Position numbers and translations under genes: made by a program | The notes under the pieces: generated by a model | Database searches by the model: none | The model's input: only the letters and a program-made list of their open reading frames with translations | Told to the model about the DNA's origin: nothing | In this document: positions 60,701 to 64,000 of the stretch, piece after piece | How the letters are laid out: every line of letters starts with the position of its first letter | Position numbering within the stretch: the stretch's first letter is position 1 | NCBI GenBank assembly: GCA_040954595.2 | Contig: CM082587.2 | Location: 11,475,403 to 11,539,402, forward strand | DNA from: Balanoglossus misakiensis | Lineage: Eukaryota; Animalia; Hemichordata | Direction: 5' to 3' | DNA length: 64,000 bases

Positions 60701-63700
60701 GGTAACGTTGAACAAGTCGATTTTTCTACGGCCTGGCTCGGCTAAATCTCTGTCACAATATGACAGACACTATCGTACGTTAGCAACGGTGATCAAGTCA
60801 GATTTTCAACGGCATGGGTTGGATAAAGCCCCGGCACTCTAGAGCAGAAACACGCGTACAGAGACCACGTTGATCAAGTCTGATCTCCTACGGCTTGGCT
60901 CGACTAAAACCCCGGCACACTATGACAGACACTAGCGTTCGTTAGCAACGTTGATCAAGTCAGATTTCCTACGGCATGGCTTTGCTAAAGCCCTGACACT
61001 CTAGAGCAGAAACACGCGTACAGAGACCACGTTGATCTACTCACATTTCCTTCGGCCTGGCACGGCTGATGCCCCGGCACTATATATAGGACACAGACTG
61101 GCGTAAGTTAACAACGGTAATCACGTCGGGTTTCCTACGGCCTGGCTCAGCTGAAGCCCCGGCACTCTAGAGCAGAAACAGGCGTACATTGACCACGTTG
61201 ATCAAGTCAGATTTCCTACGGCGTGACTCGGCTGGTGCACCGGCTCTATATGACACAGACTGGCGTAAGTTATCAACGGTGATTACGTCGGATTTCCTAC
61301 GGCCTGGTTTAGCTGAAGCCCCGGCACTTTAGAGCGGAAACACGCGTACATTGACCACGATGATCAAGTCAGATCTCCTACGGCCTGGCTCGACTAAAAC
61401 CCCGGCACACCATGACAGACACTAGCGTTCGTTAGCAACGGTGATCAAGTCGGATTTCCTTCGGCCTGGCTCTGCAAAAGACCCGACACTCTAGTACAAA
61501 GACGTTGGCTAAGTCGGGCAAACCGAACAGGGAAAGTCACAGCGGGTCAACACTCGACATTTGTTCCGGTAGGACTGCATTATTGCCTGTCAATTTATAG
61601 AGAAAGCCCGAATTTAACCAGGGCGTTTAAAACACCGACGTTAGTTGGGGGCACGGCCTGCAGTACTGCCGGGTAAGCTGACATCAGCGTACCGCATATA
61701 ATGTAGGGGGGGGGGGAACAGAACGGTTAAATACTACATTTATCAGATATCAGCTAATTTTGGACAATCATCTAAAATGTAAATCATCTTTTCATATTTG
61801 GATATCTGATGATGTATGAAATTTCCAATATATGTAAAAATGGTGCTGATTATAAAAAATGCACTCTGAATGAGCTGATTTAATACAAAATTGCGTTTTA
61901 TTCGTTTTTGCACCAAAAATGTCATTTTTAGGCAAAACATTCTTTATTTTTTTAATTCGGTGACCTGATCATATATAAGCAATTGCTTGCATGTTAAAAG
62001 TTTTTATGACTTTTAAAAGCAGTGACACTGGCGGCATTCAACACGAAAATAACAATTTTAACCACAATTTGGTCAAAATGGTAAATTTTTGAAAATTACA
62101 AAAAATACCTGTTTTCTACATTTTCGGAAATCTGATGGAGTATAGAATGCTCTTCGTATATATATATCGATACAAATTCCACAAAAGACCGTCTAATTTG
62201 GCTCACTGCAGACAAAATTGCGTTTTACCAAATTTTCCTTGAAAATGTCATTTTTAGAAAAATAAAATAAAAAAACCTTCGTTCTTCGAATTTGGTGCCC
62301 TGATCATATATGATATGTTGATTGTATGTTAAAACTTTCGACCACTCCAAAAATGCAGAGATATTGACGGAATTCAAGAAAAAATAGCCATTTTGGCCAT
62401 ATTTTGACAAAATGGTACATTTTTAAAAAATCATAAAAAATAAACTCTTTTCTTCATTTTCGGAAATATTATGGAGCATGAAGTGTCGTTCTCTTGTAAA
62501 AAGTGCTGCAAATTCCAGAAAATGTGGTATAATTTGAATCACCCAAGACAAAATTACCATTTTCGACTTGTTTTCGAAAAATTGTCTTTTTTACAAAATA
62601 AATAAGAATAAATTCTTTTCTTAGTTTCAAACGGGTAGAGATACTTTCCACACGGGTTTTCTAACATTGAATTCCCGTTTATCAACTCAGATTTCCTACA
62701 GCATAAGTCGGCTAAAACCCTGACACTCTAGAGCAGAAACAGTTGCACACTGATAACGTTGAACAAGTCGATTTTTCTACGGCCTGGCACGGCTAAATCT
62801 CGTCACAATATGACAGACACTAGCGTACGTTAGCAACGGTGATCAAGTCAGATTTTCAACGGCATGGGTTGGATAAAGCCCCGGCACTCTAGAGCAGAAA
62901 CACGCGTACAGAGACCACGTTGATCAAGTCTGATCTCCTACGGCTTGGCTCGACTAAAACCCCGGCACACTATGACAGACACTAGCGTTCGTTAGCAACG
63001 TTGATCAAGTCAGATTTCCTACGGCATGGCTCAGCTGAAGCCCCGGCACTCTAGAGCAGAAACAGGCGTACATTGACCACGTTGATCAAGTCAGATTTCC
63101 TACGGCGTGACTCGGCTGGTGCACCGGCTCTATATGACACAGACTGGCGTAAGTTATCAACGGTGATTACGTCGGATTTCCTACGGCCTGGTTTAGCTGA
63201 AGCCCCGGCACTTTAGAGCGGAAACACGCGTACATTGACCACGATGATCAAGTCAGATCTCCTACGGCCTGGCTCGACTAAAACCCCGGCACACCATGAC
63301 AGACACTAGCGTTCGTTAGCAACGGTGATCAAGTCGGATTTCCTTCGGCCTGGCTCTGCAAAAGACCCGACACTCTAGTACAAAGACGTTGGCTAAGTCG
63401 GGCAAACCGAACAGGGAAAGTCACAGCGGGTCAACACTCGACATTTGTTCCGGTAGGACTGCTTTATTGCCTGTCAATTTATAGAGAAAGCCCGAATTTA
63501 ACCAGGGCGTTTCAAACACCGACGTTATTTGGGGGCACGGCCTGCAGTACTGCCGGGTAAGCTGACATCGGCGTACCGCATATAATGTAGGGGGGGGGGG
63601 GGGAACAGAACGGTTAAATACTACATTTATCAGATATCAGCTAATTTTGGACAATCATCTAAAATGTAAATCATCTTTTCATATTTGGATATCTGATGAT

Positions 63701-64000
63701 GTATGAAATTTCCAATATATGTAAAAATGGTGCTGATTATAAAAAATGCACTCTGAATGAGCTGATTTAATACAAAATTGCGTTTTATTCGTTTTTGCAC
63801 CAAAAAGGTCATTTTTAGGCAAAACATTCTTTATTTTTTTAATTCGGTGACCTGATCATATATAAGCAATTGCTTGCATGTTAAAAGTTGTTATGACTTT
63901 TAAAAGCAGTGACACTGGCGGCATTCAACACGAAAATAACAATTTTAACCACAATTTGGTCAAAATGGTAAATTTTTGAAAATTACAAAAAATACCTGTT
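54705..64000 (-). repeat. ~2.05-kb macrosatellite array, inverted right arm (~4.7 units, runs off the window)
   Basis: Reverse-complement units with landmarks at 56500, ~58549, 60600 and 62651; no retroelement insertions. Confidence 0.97.

Noticed and set aside
19856-63827. Recurrent short ORFs (MESISTRLK.., MSKYGQNG.., MFCLKMTF.., MPKNDLFG..)
   Set aside because: Chance ORFs in the AT-rich satellite, mostly with non-ATG starts, that open and close with homopolymer indels between units. Useful only as landmarks.

Overview
Eukaryotic genomic DNA with GT-AG introns and no prokaryotic features, probably from a marine invertebrate (inference from the repeat families). It is almost entirely mobile and repetitive, in three parts. 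(1) 220-16732 is a ~16.5 kb DNA transposon with identical 109-bp TIRs. It carries an intact 7-exon KDZ (Kyakuja/Dileera/Zisupton)-type DDE transposase (~850 aa) and a convergent intact 4-exon gene (~513 aa) with a divergent NRF1/EWG-type DNA-binding domain. (2) 16.7-19.4 kb is an old ~245-bp tandem repeat interrupted by two Harbinger-type MITEs. (3) 19.4-64 kb is a ~2.05-kb macrosatellite (AT-rich ~330-bp subrepeats, a poly-C, a ~200-bp unique core and ~11 x 81-bp subrepeats). It hosts a Tx1/L1 LINE, a BEL/Pao fragment, a full-length L2/CR1-group LINE and a second BEL/Pao. The array folds back on itself inside that second BEL at 51.0-51.7 kb, and the inverted arm mirrors the variant order of the left arm, giving a giant (>=44 kb) interrupted palindrome. 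All calls come from reading the sequence by eye and recalled protein motifs; no database searches were run.
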